Positions 15,608-34,770 of a stretch of DNA of 64,000 nt are shown in pieces. The notes under the pieces are model-generated. The model was not told the origin of the DNA, made no database searches, and worked only from the letters and a program-made list of their open reading frames with translations. Origin of the DNA: the human T2T-CHM13v2.0 reference genome, Homo sapiens; assembly GCF_009914755.1 (NCBI RefSeq), contig NC_060937.1, one strand, 5' to 3'. The position numbers and the translations under genes are program-made. Every line of letters begins with the position of its first letter. Position 1 is the first letter of the stretch.

Positions 15608-16489
15608 TTATACAAGCCTCAGGCCTTGCAAAGCCTGGATCTGCATCTGTTTACCTTGGAGGTGCAGTGGGCAGACGACAATTGCTTCTTGGGCACTGTC
15701 CTATTCTGCTAGAGTTTGCAGTAATTGAATGTGCAGACTGATGGGGATGGAATGGGGGCTTTCATAGATGAAAAAATCGAGAGACACAAAGTCAGTCTTA
15801 TTTTAGACCACATTCATAACAAACGTCAAATCGCACCTCCTCCCCTCAAGCCAACTAGATCCTTCAATATCCAATTATCATCATGGACATAAAAGAAGGA
15901 AATGTTGAGTATAAAGGGAACCCCACCTTGCATCTAAGCTGGGATTCCACTCTGGACATAAATCATAAACTGCTGGGGTTGGCCTATAAGACATTATTTG
16001 CATGAAGAACAGAGAAGCCTTCTGGGAAAGAACTCACCCTAAGGGAAGCAGGAGCTTCACATGAACAGCTTGCCCCTGTCATCTTTGCAAGTTCTACAAA
16101 GAGAACATCAGAGCTTGCAAAAATATAGCTTAACTTAGGGTTTATACACTAAAACAAAGAGAGGGGGGAGACAGGGTAACTTTAGTATCCTGAGGGCCCT
16201 GCTGCTTTCCACTGCTGTGGTATGAGACAGCAGCACCAGAAGGTATCTGGGGGGAAAAAGAGGCCTAGTGAGCACAGTGATCCCTGTTGGTGATCAGTGG
16301 AATGATGAGTGCGTAGCAGGAGTTAATTTGTCCATGAGTATACAGAGACTTGTAGAAATAACACGGGAAGACATATTGCAGAGGACTGAAGAGGTCCTGG
16401 CTGAGCTGGTGTGGGCACAAACTAGTGAAATTTGGTTTATTGCTCTAGTAATGACAGGGCAGGGAGTGGGGATGCTCAGGGATAACATA

Positions 16490-16620
16490 ATCAAGAGGAC
16501 CTGGGTGTTATCTGCCACAAGCTTACTGTGTGACTTTATACCTCTGCTTTCCTCATGTGGAGAAATTTGGTGCAGGTGTCAGACAAATGATCTCTAAGAT
16601 ATCTGCTAGCAGATTCAAAT
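16490..16620 (+). mobile_element. MIR fragment
   Basis: GACCTGGGT, CTGTGTGACTTT, CTCTGCTTTCCTCAT, ATGATCTCTAAG. Confidence 0.55.
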
Positions 16621-16643
16621 TAATGTTCTCTCTATTTTATCAG

Positions 16644-16699
16644 AGATTAGATGCAAATGGTTTCAGTCATGCCAACAGCTGGGCTCCCGCAGGCCTGCA
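16644..16699 (+). other. Candidate 56-nt exon (unverified)
   Basis: TTCTCTCTATTTTATCAG acceptor; GCA|GTAAGT donor. Confidence 0.2.
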
Positions 16700-17392
16700 G
16701 TAAGTGACTTTTAGAAATTATGCACCTACTAATTTCTAGATGAACAAAGTGAATCTCAGAGCAAACAAGCGACTTCTCTGGTGCTACTATTCTCAGAAGC
16801 ACAATGTAACCAGAATCTGAGGCCGCTGAAGAGCTGGAATTCAAAAAAACAGTGCTTCTGCCAGGACTGCGGGATATGGCAGTGGGGGCAGTGGCTGTAG
16901 GGCTCTGTGACCATAGAATGCTGTCAATGATGTCCCTAGAACTGTGCTGTGTGTCACCTGCCCAACCGTATATGGTGGCCCTCCTCTGTCCCCCTTGTCC
17001 CTACTCTCAAAATTTAGTTCCAAGTCCCATGACTGGAAGTCCCAGGAAAAGGAAGGGTGGAGGTGCTGGAGCAGTCCTCTGCCCTGCCCACTGCCTTTTC
17101 CTCTCCTAGGAATGCATTTTATTTTAAAAAGTTACTTACAGAGCAGAGCTGATGGCTTTCCCAGATGCCCTGCCACCAGACAAGACTGCGCACACTGGGA
17201 AAACACAAATGAATTCTCATGCACGCTGGAAAGGTTCAAAATGACAACAGGAAGTTAGAGAATTGTGAGGAAAATGGAAAATCCTTAGGCAATTTATGAA
17301 GATGACAGATTGGAATTCTCCAGTCTCTTGCTTCTCTGCCAAGCATAGCTACTGCTAAAGAGAGTAGCACAAAAATGCAGGATGGCCTCTTT

Positions 17393-17404
17393 CAAGATGG
17401 CGGC
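17393..17404 (+). promoter_or_regulatory. YY1 consensus motif
   Basis: Exact CAAGATGGCGGC in non-repeat sequence; binding not shown. Confidence 0.4.
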
Positions 17405-17559
17405 CTCCAGAAAGCCAGAGTCGCTGCTGGAGAGGCAAGGGAGCAGCCAAAGAGCACCCACAGAAGACAAGGAAGTCAGAGTCCTCGTGGAAAAGCATGC
17501 AGCAGAGCACACTTTCTCAAGCACACCCAGACTCATCGACTTCTATTAAAGTTGCCCAA

Positions 17560-17879
<320 letters not shown>

Positions 17880-18161
17880 CTATGGTAGAAAATGGCCCCA
17901 GGATTCTATGGCCCAGCCCATGTCCATGCCAGGGAAATATCATAAATTTGGTATGGAAGCAGAGAATCAAACATGCTTTGAGCTCATCTGCCACATTGTG
18001 CCCACATGCTCTTCCTGTGTTTGCCATGGGGTCACACACACAGGCCCCTGCTGCTCACCTTTACAGACCTTTCTCCAGGTGGCTCTTCTGTGTTCTGCTC
18101 TGTGCAATGCATGTCCAAGAAGGAACTGACACAGAACAGTCAGATAAACTGATATTTAGAC

Positions 18162-18560
18162 CAGTGCACTTCAGCCTTGGCTACACATTGAACTCATCTG
18201 GGGAGCTCTGCAAAAATGCCTAATGCCTGGCTCCTACCCCAGACCAAATAATTCAGCATGTCAGGCTGGAATACTGGCATTTGCTAAGAGCTGGTGCAGG
18301 TGGAAGCATCTGCCAACTCTGAGAGCTAAATCAGTGATTCTTAAACTTTGCTCAAATATAAAAAACTCTTTCCTTTGAATTTTAACTCTTTAGGACCCCA
18401 ACATTCTGGTCACATATTTTGGGGGAGCTTTAAAAAAGCCCAGTGTTCAGATTGTACCCCATATCGATTAAATCAGAATTTCTGGAGATGGGAACCAGGC
18501 ATCAGTATTTTAAAAAATTTCTCAGATACTTCAAAAGTTCAGCCAAATTGGGAACCAATG
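18162..18560. mobile_element. Two adjacent MER5-family MITE relics
   Basis: CAGTG starts, GGGGAGCT...AAAAA, AAATCAGAATTTCTGG, TTGGGAACCAATG end. Confidence 0.7.
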
Positions 18561-18890
18561 AGTTAAATGATAACAGTCTAGTTCAAACAGTAGGATCTCG
18601 GTGTGTGGCGGTTGAGGAGGTTGGGAAAGGGGACCTACCTTCCAAGCTAGGAATAAGAAATCAACAGAGTTTGGCAGGAGGCTGGTTGGTTGTATTAGCA
18701 AATCTAAAGATAGAACATGTCAACCAAAGCGGGATGTCTGCATGGAACAGGGAAAGTGGGAGTCAGAGAGGAAGGTCTAGCCAAGGGGGCAGTGCATGGG
18801 TGACCTCATGGGAACATCCAGTCCTATCTGTTTGGCAGGTCTGTCCCCAAAGAAGAGATGAAGGGACAAGCTTAAGAAAATCTGGCACCT

Positions 18891-19200
<310 letters not shown>

Positions 19201-20172
19201 GACACCCTTTGACATTAAACCTTCCTTCTAATATCCCCTGCTCAGCCTGTGCTCAAGCGGCATTCTCATTACCATTTGTCTTCCTTTTAGTTTTCTACTG
19301 GGAAAGAACATGTTAGTCAAGGTGACACAAATGTCCACTCAGCTTAGAAGTTCTTATTTCTTGTTGCAAATTAATAAATTGTCATTTTGGTTTAGATAGC
19401 CGCTTCCTGAGAGCTTGAGTGATGTGGATCTGTCCCTGAGAACCTGACTCACTCTAGCAGGTTGAAACAGTCTAGTTTCCAAACCTGCAGATTAGTTTCA
19501 CCAAAGTGGCACCATTTCAAAATTCCTGGGGCTTAGCACAGAGTGTTTTTCATGATCCACCAAATTGGGAGCTCCTGGAAGACGCTGGTCAGTGTTTGAT
19601 TCTTCTGTGTATCACCAATACCACCTTAATTCCAAGACACCATAGGCAAGGATGATAGTCTGAATATATACATCCATGTCAGCAGCACGGCTGTTTCTGT
19701 ACAATGCCAGCCCCAGTGCTGGAGCAGAGTCCTGGAGGCCACCATAGAGCCAGGTGCTAATGCTGGTCTTACGGAATTCAGGGGGTCCTGGGGAAGAGAT
19801 TGCTATGTCTGCAGCAGAGGAAGGCACTGGCGAGGTTCAAGGTAGAGACGTTTTGCCAATCAGCACAGAAGTATTTTGATATTTTAGAAATTAGTAGATA
19901 CAGCCATACTGGTGCATGACAGCTGAATATCAGCTGTTTGTAGGTAACACGTATTTGTTGATTCGATGAGTACCCCCCACTAAAGCATCCTTCTTATGGC
20001 TGGTGGCACTCCTCCATCTGCCTTCCCACAAAATGCCAAAGACTTTCCTGCCCAGGGCTCCTTGACCCATGAGAGAATGTGACTAAGTATGGTCTTAGCT
20101 TCACATCACATATCCTGGGGAGCTGGTGGTTCTGGTGGCTGGGACCTGAGGAGCGAGAAGAAAAGGAGTGTG

Positions 20173-20576
<404 letters not shown>

Positions 20577-21182
20577 TTAATTTAAAAAGAAGGTACTAAA
20601 GCCCCATGTCTTTTGCAGCTATGGAATCCTTTGACAAAATTAGTTTTCTTTGTTGTGTTCTAATTTGAAAGCAAAAACAAAACAAAACAAAACAAAGCCA
20701 TTCGTCTAATAATATTTGTGGCAAGGGAGCTTGATTAGATGAGAACAAAACTTCTGGTCCCCTTTAAAGTGGCATCTACTATGATGCCAACAAAGCAACT
20801 GTCTAAGAATTGCCTTCTTTAGCATTCTGCACTAACTCTTTACTGCATTTGATATTCTGCCACAAGTGATGGCTGAGGGACATCGTCACTGGGGGAGGTT
20901 GCTGAAGAACACTTGTTTACCATGTCATTCCTGCTTTGTCATTCTGGTGGTGGCTTGTCCATCACCCTCCTCACAGCACTTTAAAGGCACATGTGCAGTC
21001 AGTGAAATAGACAGATCTAAAGAGTCTTTTATGGTTAATGGTGCTGTTATTGTGAAATATGAATGCTGTAGATGTCAGTTGATAGTTTATCATGCTGTCC
21101 ACAGTTTTGGCATTTTAGACCTTTCCCCCAATATTTTACTTTCCCCCTGTTTCCCAATCCCCACCCTCTTAAATTTTAGTAA

Positions 21183-21552
<370 letters not shown>

Positions 21553-23189
21553 TAAAATCGTTTATATTCTCACTAATACATATATTATCTCATAGCTTCT
21601 GAGTATGTACAGTTAGAATAAGGGTTATTTGGTACCAGCTAGTGATAAAGAGATGTCTAAACAGATAGATGGATGCCTATCCTGTTATAGTAGCAAAATA
21701 TATCTAGACCAATTCTGATGATGGCTGCGATGGCAAAGCATTTGTTTCAAAGTTATTATTTTGGTGTCATCTTTTGGACATCTCAGAAAGCTCTCGGCTG
21801 AGCTAGAAACAGAGTTTCATTATTCAAAAGGAAAAATCTATTACATCTTGTGAGCCCAGAGTGAAAACAGCACGTGAACTCAGGGCTGCCAGCAGACCCT
21901 CGTGCCAGCTGGTTCAATGGGCAGAAGTGAGAATGTTAATAAACACTCTAATGAAAGGAAGTTGTTGGATAGTAATTAACATATGCCATTAGTATCTGTC
22001 CCTTTGGCCAGACACGGCAGACAGGCTGAAACCATACATACAAATGAGTGTCTGCTAGGACTGTGCACTGTGCGCGGAAGAAAGGGGGACAGTGTCATTG
22101 TGAGCGACTGGTGTTGTCAGCAGCTTTAAATCACAGGGCCACTGAGTAACAAAAACAGGGAAGGCTTTTGTGTTTTGGAACAATTGGGTGGCTTACAATT
22201 TAAAATACTTAATAAACTTATTTTTATTCTCACTTACTTTCCTTTTACCTCAAAACCTTCTGTTTATAGTTTTGTTTTGTTAAGAAAAATACTGATTTAG
22301 CTTTTTTTTCCTAATCAGTGAGTGAAGGATGCAACTCAGGGCTTTTTATTTTTAAACCACAATTTCCTCATCTCGCCAGGAAGAGAGGTGACTACCTGTT
22401 TCTCAGGGGCATCCCAATAGTCATATTTCTCAAGATCTACATTATTCCTTTCTGGTTGATCTAAAATGGGTTAGAAATCATACCAGCTACTCCCAAATAC
22501 TGCCTCTCACAATACAGTTGAAAATCAGGACTGCAAACACCGAGCTCAGTCGGCTTCAATGGCTTCTTTTTGCCAATGGGAAACTGAGGCCCCGAAAGGC
22601 GAACTTATGGTCCCTAAATCATAGACCTGGTCTGCTGACCATTGTTAAGCCTTCTCCCATCCTAGGCCACACTGTTGCATTGACTGCTTCTTTCTTACTT
22701 TGACAATGACCAATTCCATACTACTTTGCTGAGAAAAAAAAAGAGACACTAAAAAGAGACCACACCACATTTGGATCTTCTTCATGTATGTTGATTTGCT
22801 GATAGCACACACAACATTTTAAGCATTTTAAATCCAACCTTTTAAAGATACTGGAAACAGTGCAGCTTGGTGCCATTTGGTTGTATGATGTCATGAGAAG
22901 TTAAAACTAGAAAATCTAGCAGGAACAAAGGACCAGCAGAAAAATAAAAGAATTATTAATAGAGATCAGAAAGATACAGCAAAATATAAGTTGACAAAGA
23001 AGACTGGCACCACAATAAGTAGGTAGAAGCCTTTGGAAGTGTCTAATGTGTACTTTAACATATAATTTTCCTATTATAAATTAATATGAATAATTGAATT
23101 TGGGCATCTGCGAATAATTAAAGTTGGCTAACGTTTCTCTTTGTGTTATCTTCGAAGAACTTGTTAAACCATTAAAGAATAAACAAGGC

Positions 23190-23848
<659 letters not shown>

Positions 23849-24604
23849 TCAGGCTTTTTAAAAAAATGCTTCCTTTAAATGGGTAGCATCTACTTGCTAA
23901 AACAGACCCAGAAAAAAACCTTTATTTGTATCTTTTCACTAATGGTTAGTTTACCTTCCAACTTAATTGAAAAATAAAGGGCTCTATTTGTTGACAGATT
24001 AAAACTACTTCTGTTTAAGAACATTCTGTGGGTGGGGATGGCCAGTCTCATGCTGCCATGTTGTTCTCCTCATTCACTGCACCTTGAGAAACTCTTAGCC
24101 ATCAAGGAGATCTCCACAGAAGAGAAGGCAATTCATGGCCAACAGAAGTTGCTGTGGGCCTTCGGGAACCTTCAAACTGGCCCTCAAGGTCCATTTCAGG
24201 CAACTCAAGCTTTTCTCTGAACAAGTTAGCCTTCCTCTCAGCTGGTAGCATTGTTTATTCAATCATTTACCTCTTCAAAGAACTTATATTGAGCACCTTT
24301 TAGTGTCGGATGCAGTGCCTGCCAATGGGCCTCCATCTTTGAACGTGGCAGAATGGGCACCCTTAATGTAGTTTCTGCTGTTTTCTGTGCTTGCCCCTTT
24401 GTCAGATTCTGTATCAGGTTATAACATGAACAAGGGTTAGTTTTTTGCCTTGGAAAAAGGACAAAGGACCAATAAAAAGAGAAAGGATTTCATATTCACT
24501 TAAACTATAAATTTGGGGGCCTCACAATGCCCCACACAGCTCTTGGTAGAGAGCCTGTATCCATTCAAAGATTCATGAACAGGAACATGAATGTTAAGTG
24601 TGTA

Positions 24605-24680
24605 TAAAGACCCTGGAGATCATCTGGTGCAACCCTTTGGTTTTACAGATGAGGACACTGAAGCACCGAGAAGGAAACAG
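24605..24680 (-). mobile_element. MIR fragment
   Basis: GAGATCATCTGGTGCAACC...TTTTACAGATGAGGACACTGAAGCAC. Confidence 0.7.
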
Positions 24681-25299
24681 AAGATTCAGGACAAAGCCAG
24701 CTCTGTCTCCTGTACCAACCTTGCATGAAAAACAACCAAGGAAATCTTGCTTTGAGCAGAAACGATTTGCGAGTCAATACATATGTACTGGGAGGAAAGA
24801 TGAACTGAGATGACTCTACCTAAAAGACAGAATGCCAAGGAACAACTTAAGGATATCCTGCAAAACTTATTATCAATACTTATTTAGAAAAAGTCCCGAC
24901 TAGGTGTCCTTATAGAGGTTCAAATGTGAGTAGGACACATGCACGGCCAGGGAGGCCTGGATTATAGGTGGCCACCAATTCCAGCCTACACTGCCAGGTG
25001 ACTCTTGAATCCTTCCCTGAAGATGTTTCTAACAGGAGGGAAATCCATTTGTCCCCTATCAAAGAGCAATGATGACCAGGCAGGTGGCTGGTCCTTCCTG
25101 AGGCTCTGTTAATGTGGGGTCCGTTTTGACAAACTCATATTCACATCAATAGAGGGCAGGTCCCCAAAGAGGACAGTGGCTCCAGCTCTCTGTGGCCCAC
25201 TGACAGCTCCTCTTTGGGTTTTGGAGGCCCCCTGTATGTTTACTGCAATCCTGACAGACTTCTGCCCAGGGAACTTCCTCTTTCTTTTAGTGATTTTGC

Positions 25300-26170
<871 letters not shown>

Positions 26171-26457
26171 AAATAACCTTCTATTACTATTAGGTAACTT
26201 GCTTAACATTCTCTCCATCCCCCGCTTTAAGCTCAGTTATATAAATGTGCCACCATATCTCAATCCTATTATGAACATAACACTTGATTCTGTACCAGTT
26301 AAGTAACTACTGTACCAAATGAGGGGATGAATATGAGGTTTAAAATGTCACAAAATCAAAAGATATTAAAGGTTTACACACCATTTGTTACCTGTGGGTT
26401 TGTCTAATGTTTTGGTCTATTTTCTTTCCCAGCCTAGCTGCTACACTTTACCTATAT

Positions 26458-26774
26458 TGCCTGCCTGCCTTCCTTCCTTCCTTCCTAACTTCCTAACTTC
26501 CTAACTTCCTTCCTTCCTTCCCGCCCTTTTCTTGCTTTCTTTCCTTCCTTCCCTCCCTTTTCTCTCTTTCTCTCTCTCTCTCTTTCTCTTTCTTTCTTTT
26601 TCTTTCTTTCTTTCCTTCTTTCTTTCTTTCTTTCTTTCTTTCTCTTTCTTTCTTGCTTGCTTGCTTCCTTCCTTCTTTCCTTCCTTCCTTCCCTTCCCTT
26701 TCCCTTCCTTCCTTCCTCCCTTCCTTCCTTCCTCTCTCTCTCTCTCCCTCTCTCTTTCTTTCTCTCTTTCTCTC

Positions 26775-26777
<3 letters not shown>
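26458..26777 (+). repeat. Compound polypyrimidine microsatellite (CCTT/CTTT/CT)n
   Basis: About 320 bp of almost pure C/T directly abutting the 3' end of an antisense Alu. Confidence 0.95.
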
Positions 26778-27130
<353 letters not shown>

Positions 27131-27369
27131 TAAAAATTAAGATTTTTGATGATAAGAAAGAAAAACCAAGTCCACAGGATTTGCCTGGTTACACATCTCA
27201 GTGAAGATGTGAGTGGCAGAGAAGATGCTGCTGAGCTCTGTCCAGGGCCTGCCTCACAGTGGACTCTCCATAAATATTAAACCACAGAGGCTGAGCTGAG
27301 CTGCAAAGAGAACATGTGTCTGTCAGACCTCCATGAGTCACCTGCTTTGTGCAAAGCCCTGAAGATTTC

Positions 27370-27840
27370 CCAAAAGGAATCAGACAGTCTCTGCCCTCTA
27401 GAACCGTGGTTGTAGGAGAAGAGATAAACACAAAACACCACCTAAAATATGGCAAGATGAAGTGGGTGCAATGGAAGAAACAGCGAAGGGCAGGGGTAGG
27501 GGACAGGAAAGCTTTGCATTGAAAAGGGAAGTCACAAGAATATGTGTTTGAACCAAGCATTGAGCAGAATTTTGATGGTGGTGTGAATGGTGGAGAGAGG
27601 AATTTCAGGTTAAGGAATAAGTACACGGTTGCCGAATATGGATAAATGTTTAGGGAGTGGCAAACTGTGAATGATACACTATATCTAGAAACCAGAGGGA
27701 CCTTGTTTGAGATCAGAAAGACACTTGGAGCCAGATTGTGGCCTGGAATGGAAGTCCAAGGAGTTTCTGGGTCACTAGATAGGCAGTGGTGTTCCTTGCA
27801 GGTTTAGGAATGTGGTCTGTTCCATGGTTTGGGAAGATAA
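27370..27840 (-). mobile_element. L2 fragment
   Basis: GACAGTCTCTGCCCTCTAGA, GGAGCCAGATTGTG..GGAGTTT antisense L2 motifs. Confidence 0.5.
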
Positions 27841-27850
27841 TCTAAGATGG

Positions 27851-28486
<636 letters not shown>

Positions 28487-29038
28487 AGAAATACATTGAT
28501 TTGGTCCAGAGAGACGGGACAACTCAAAAGGGAGGTGGTTGGGGAGCTTCCAGGCTACAGGTACATTTAAACATTTTCTGGTTGACAATTGGTTGAGTTT
28601 GTCTAAAGACCTGGGATTGATAGAAAGGGAATGTTCAGGTTAAGATAGCAGATTGTGGAGACCAAAGTTCTTTTGAAGTCTTATAGTGGCTGCCTTTAGA
28701 GACAATAGATGACAAATGTTTCCTATTCAGATCTTAATCTCTTAAGGATTGGGAGGGCCTGGAAGTAAAAGATCTGGCTATGTTAATAGAGATTCTTTAC
28801 AGATGCAAGTATTCCTCCACAATGGACGGCTTTGCAGGACCATTTCAAAATATGGCAAAGAAACATGTTTTGGGGTAAAATATTTTTATTTTCTTCATCG
28901 TCTCGTAATGTTTTGCCAGAGTCAGGGTGAGTTAAATAAAACCCATCTGATGAGAACTTATGATTTGTAGGGCATGACTCCCCAGACCGCTTAGATAGGA
29001 ATTTGGGCAAGAAAAAAAAAATCAGAGTTTAGTCCTCA
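28487..29038 (-). mobile_element. MER4-family (MER4D/E-like) ERV1 LTR, partial
   Basis: Reverse strand begins TGAGGACTAAACTCTGATTTTTT..TCTTGCCCAAATTCCTATCTAAG. Confidence 0.85.
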
Positions 29039-29312
29039 CCTCTTAAAAACAAAATTGGTCTCGTGCAGCACCTTCCAAACACACAAGACATAAGGAATGT
29101 CTGGCGCTGCCACCAAGAAAATGAAAACATGGCATAATTTGGAGAGTGCTTATAGAAGGTGTGTGAACTGGGGAAAAAAAGACATTTTTGATCTGTTTTC
29201 ATATTGTTAAATGCCTAGTCTTTGCAGTGTCACCATTCCTCTTTATGTGCCATAGTTATTTTTCTAGAATTTCATAATAATGATCTTTGAAATTGTTATC
29301 TGTTTTTTACAG

Positions 29313-29326
29313 TTACATGCCAATAG
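29313..29326 (+). other. Candidate 14-nt micro-exon (unverified)
   Basis: TCTGTTTTTTACAG|TTACATGCCAATAG|GTAAGA. Confidence 0.2.
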
Positions 29327-29527
29327 GTAAGAATCTCCCTATAATTTCTAGTTGTCTTATCCCAAATTCAGCCAGAATCAAACTATATCTGCAGTCTCAG
29401 TTCTCTTACCCTTCAATATTGAGTGCTAACCAGCATTTCATATGCATTGTCTAATTTTAATCTCCACGACAGTTACAAGGAAGGTACCATTCATTCATTC
29501 AGTCATCAAATATTTGAGTCCCTACTA

Positions 29528-29734
<207 letters not shown>

Positions 29735-30100
29735 TTAATTACCTCCATGGACCTTTGGTGGCAATTTCTAGAAAATTTACGAATTTTTTGGGTTAGTGTC
29801 TAGCATTTGGAATGTACTTTATGTTGTGATTGGACTGAGGCTGTTATGCAGAGAAACACTTCCATGTTTCTTATCTTTTTTAAAACTATTTACTTTTGTA
29901 TAATTTTAGACTTACAAAAAGTTGCAAAAATAGTCCAGAGAGTTCCCATATAGTCTTCACCCAGTTTCCCCAAATGTTACTGTCCTGTATAACCATGATG
30001 CAATTAGCAAAATTTAAAAATTAACATTGCTTCAATATTGTTAACTAAACTATGGATTCTAATTAGGTTTTCCCAATTTTTTTTGCTAATTTCCTTTTTC

Positions 30101-30403
<303 letters not shown>

Positions 30404-30849
30404 TGCTAATCTCCTTTTTCTGTTCCAGCACCCACATTGTAACTAGCTGGCATGTCTCCTTAGTCTCTTTTAGTCTGTTACAGTTTCTTGGTCTTTCCTT
30501 GTATTTTGTGACCTTGACAGTTTTGAAGACTACAAATCAGGGATGTTGGAGAATGTCCCTCAATTTGGGTTTGTTTGATATATTCTCCTGATTAGTTTGG
30601 GGCTATAGACTTGGGGGAAGAATACCACAGGTGGGGTCTCTTGTCAGGGGATTGTACCAGGGGATACATAATATCAGTATGTCTTATTACCAGTGATGTT
30701 AACAGTGATTATTTGATTAAGGTGACATCTGCCGGGTTTCCCTAACATCCTGTTTCTTCTTAAACTCTCACCCACCTGTTTAACATTCATAAGTGGTTCT
30801 TGTCTGTTGCAATGATTACCGTGGTGTTCTAATAGTTTTAATGATTTCC

Positions 30850-31155
<306 letters not shown>

Positions 31156-31595
31156 TCCTTTGTTTCTTCTACATTGAGTAATTTGAATTCTGGAAGGAAC
31201 AATTGTCCTTCTCTTCCATTTATTCATTTACATCACTATAGACTCATGGATATTGTTGCTCAAATTGTTCCAGCTTTGGTTAGTCCAAGTTCTTTTAGGT
31301 TTCAACAAGCCCTCATCCTGTTTTTTTTGAGCTTCCTTATTTTTATTGTACCACAAGATGCTTCAGGCTTATTTTGTATTTTTCCTGTCCTGGAATCAAC
31401 CACTTTTTTAAGGAGCCCTATTTCCTTTTATTGGAGAATGGTATTTAGAAACCAAGATCTGGGTGGGAGGTGACTCATTAGTACTGGAGTGTCACCATTT
31501 CTAGGTCCTTTCAGGGAACAGAGCTAGGAAATATTGTTTGTATACTAACCCAGGCAGACATGCACATCTGTATTTACTTCTGTATATCTCTACCT

Positions 31596-31815
31596 CAGTA
31601 GATCCTAACCTGGAGCAATTTTGCCCACCCCCAGGGGATATTTGGCAATCTATGGAGACATTTTGGGGCATCACAACTCAAAGGGAAGATATTACTAGTA
31701 TCTACTGTGTAGAGGCCAGGGATGCTGTTAACCATCCTACAATGCAGAGGAGGGGTCCCACCAGCAAAGAAGAATCCAGCCCAAATGTCCATAGTGCCAA
31801 AGTTGAAAAGCCCTG
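31596..31815. mobile_element. MER20 hAT MITE
   Basis: CAGT...ATTTTGCCC..CCCAGGGGA.ATTTGGCAAT...GTAGAGGCCAGGGATGCTG..AA.CATCCTACAATGCA...CCCTG, about 220 bp. Confidence 0.92.
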
Positions 31816-32131
31816 ATCTATCTGTATATTTATTAAAAACACACAAAACACATATGAATTCATACTGATAACTCGCACTCAACCCAGCTCAACAGGGTGC
31901 TTTATTCTAGCATTCTTCCTTTGCTTTTTTGTAACTTCTTTCTCCAGTAAGAAACCTGGCTAACAATATCTACAATACAGTTCCTTATTTGTTCAACTCT
32001 AGTATACAGATCGTTTCAAAATTGCTGCTTCATACTCTGTGAGAGACAAATTTACTTACTAGAATATAGTGTTTGTGTCCAGTTCTTTTTTGTCTTTAGC
32101 CTTACAGTATCCACTCAAAACACTGTTTTGA

Positions 32132-32461
<330 letters not shown>

Positions 32462-33584
32462 TCAGGTTGGCTCCTTTCTTCTCCCACTCCCTTCAGCATG
32501 GTGTGTCATTCGTCTGTGATACCACTGGATTCATTTGCCACAGCATGCATTCCATCTTAGGCCTCCGACAACCTGGTTTATATATTTTTTTAATTTCCAT
32601 AGAGTAAAATTCATTATTTGGCCTGTATCGTTCTATGGATTTTTGACAAATGCATTAAGTTGTATATCCACCATCATAGTAACATACAGGAGAGTTCCAT
32701 CACCCCCAAAATTCCTTTATGTCCTTTGTAGTCAATTTCTCTCCTCACCCCCCAGCAACTGTCCTTATAGTTTTTGCATTTTTGATAATGTAATATAAAT
32801 GGAATCATACAATATGTAGCCCTTTGGTTCTGGATTCATCTATGTTGTTGTATAGATCAATCGTTTATTCTTTTTTGTTGCTGAGCAGTATTTCATTGCA
32901 TAGATATGGTTTATCCATTCACCAGTTGAAGGACATCTAGGCTGTTTCCAGTTTAGGTTGATTATGAGTTAAGCTAATATAAACATCCATGTATAGGTTT
33001 TGTGAAAACATAAGTTTCCAGTTCACATGGTATATACCTTGGAGTGGGGTTGCTGTGTTGTATGGTAGGCATACTGTTTTCCAAAATGACTGGACCATTT
33101 TGAATCCCCACCAACGAGGTATGAGGTATCATCCTTGGTATTTTCAGTTTGTTCTTCTTTCTTAAGCCATTGTAAAAGGTGTGTCATGATACCTCCTCAT
33201 GATTTTAATGTGTATGTCCCTAATGACCAATGATGCTGAGCATCCATTTATATGCTTTTTTTTCCACCTGAATGTCTTCTTTGGTGAAGTGTCTCTTCAA
33301 ATCTTTTGTCTGTCCTCTTGCTCATTAGTTTTTAAGCCTTGTCCCCATTTTATAGACATAAAACTCTCACACTCACCCTTTTCTGAAATTCCCTCCTTTA
33401 GGAGCTCCCCTAACTCTACTCCCTCCCACCTCCCACCATTACAGTCACAGGTTCTTCTGGATATCCTCACCAGTTAACATGGCCTGTTGAGTTTTACCTT
33501 TTGTAGTTTGTATTATGCAAGCTTTTTTCTAAGTATAAAATTATACCCTTTTAGATGCTGAGTTAAAAAAAATACAACAAATGA

Positions 33585-33877
33585 GGCTGGGCACGGTGGC
33601 TCATGCCTGTAATCCCAGCACACTTGGGAGGCCAAGGTGGGCAGATCACGAGGTCAAGAGATCGAGACCATTCTGGCCAACATGGTGAAACCCCATCTCT
33701 ACTAAAAATATAAAAATTAACTGGGCGTGGTGGTGCGTGCCTGTAATCCTAGCTACTCGGCAGAAGACTCGCTTGAACCAGGGAGTCAGAGGTTGCAGTG
33801 AGCCCAGATCACGCCACTGCACTCCAGCCTGGCAACAGAGCAAGACTCTGTCTCAAAAAAAAGAAAGAGAGAAAAAG
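33585..33877 (+). mobile_element. AluSc-like with small internal deletion
   Basis: GGTCAAGAGATCGAGACCAT; TSD AACAAATGA. Confidence 0.93.
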
Positions 33878-34061
33878 AAACAAATGAAAAAAATAAATAA
33901 AAATAAAAATAAAATTACACCTTTATATTGATCTACTTTGCCAAACCACCACTCCAAGACTCTGATATGACTCCCTAGGGAACATGGCTTCCATATCTAG
34001 CCTCCTAGTGACATGGTACATTAGTATTGCCAAGAGAGTTATAGAAACTGGACATTCTTGA

Positions 34062-34412
<351 letters not shown>

Positions 34413-34674
34413 TCAGTGTTGAGTCCTGGGAGCACTGCAGTGCAGATGTCATAGGCTGGGGAGAATTGAAGTGAAAGTGTCTCAGGTTTCAGGTTGATGT
34501 GGAGGTGGTGCTGTCTATGTGAGTATGTTGGGGATGGAGGAAATGATTCATTTCCACAGGACTCCTGACTCATGGAAGTATTTGGGCCAAACTCACTTTC
34601 TAGAGTTAAATTTCATGAATTAGAATTAAAATATAATAGCCACAAGGGCTGGGAAGGATGGAAACTTCGTATTT

Positions 34675-34770
34675 ATTAATTCATGTAATCCTCACAGCAA
34701 CTCTATGAGGTCATTCACCTGCATTTGATAGAGGAGTAAACGAAACCCCTGGGAGTTAGAGGGCTGATAA
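34675..34770 (-). mobile_element. MIR fragment
   Basis: TAATCCTCACAGCAACTCTATGAGGT. Confidence 0.65.

Noticed and set aside
19919-19937. Inverted repeat ACAGCTGA-ATA-TCAGCTGT
   Set aside because: Short, and within what looks like a degenerate L2 end
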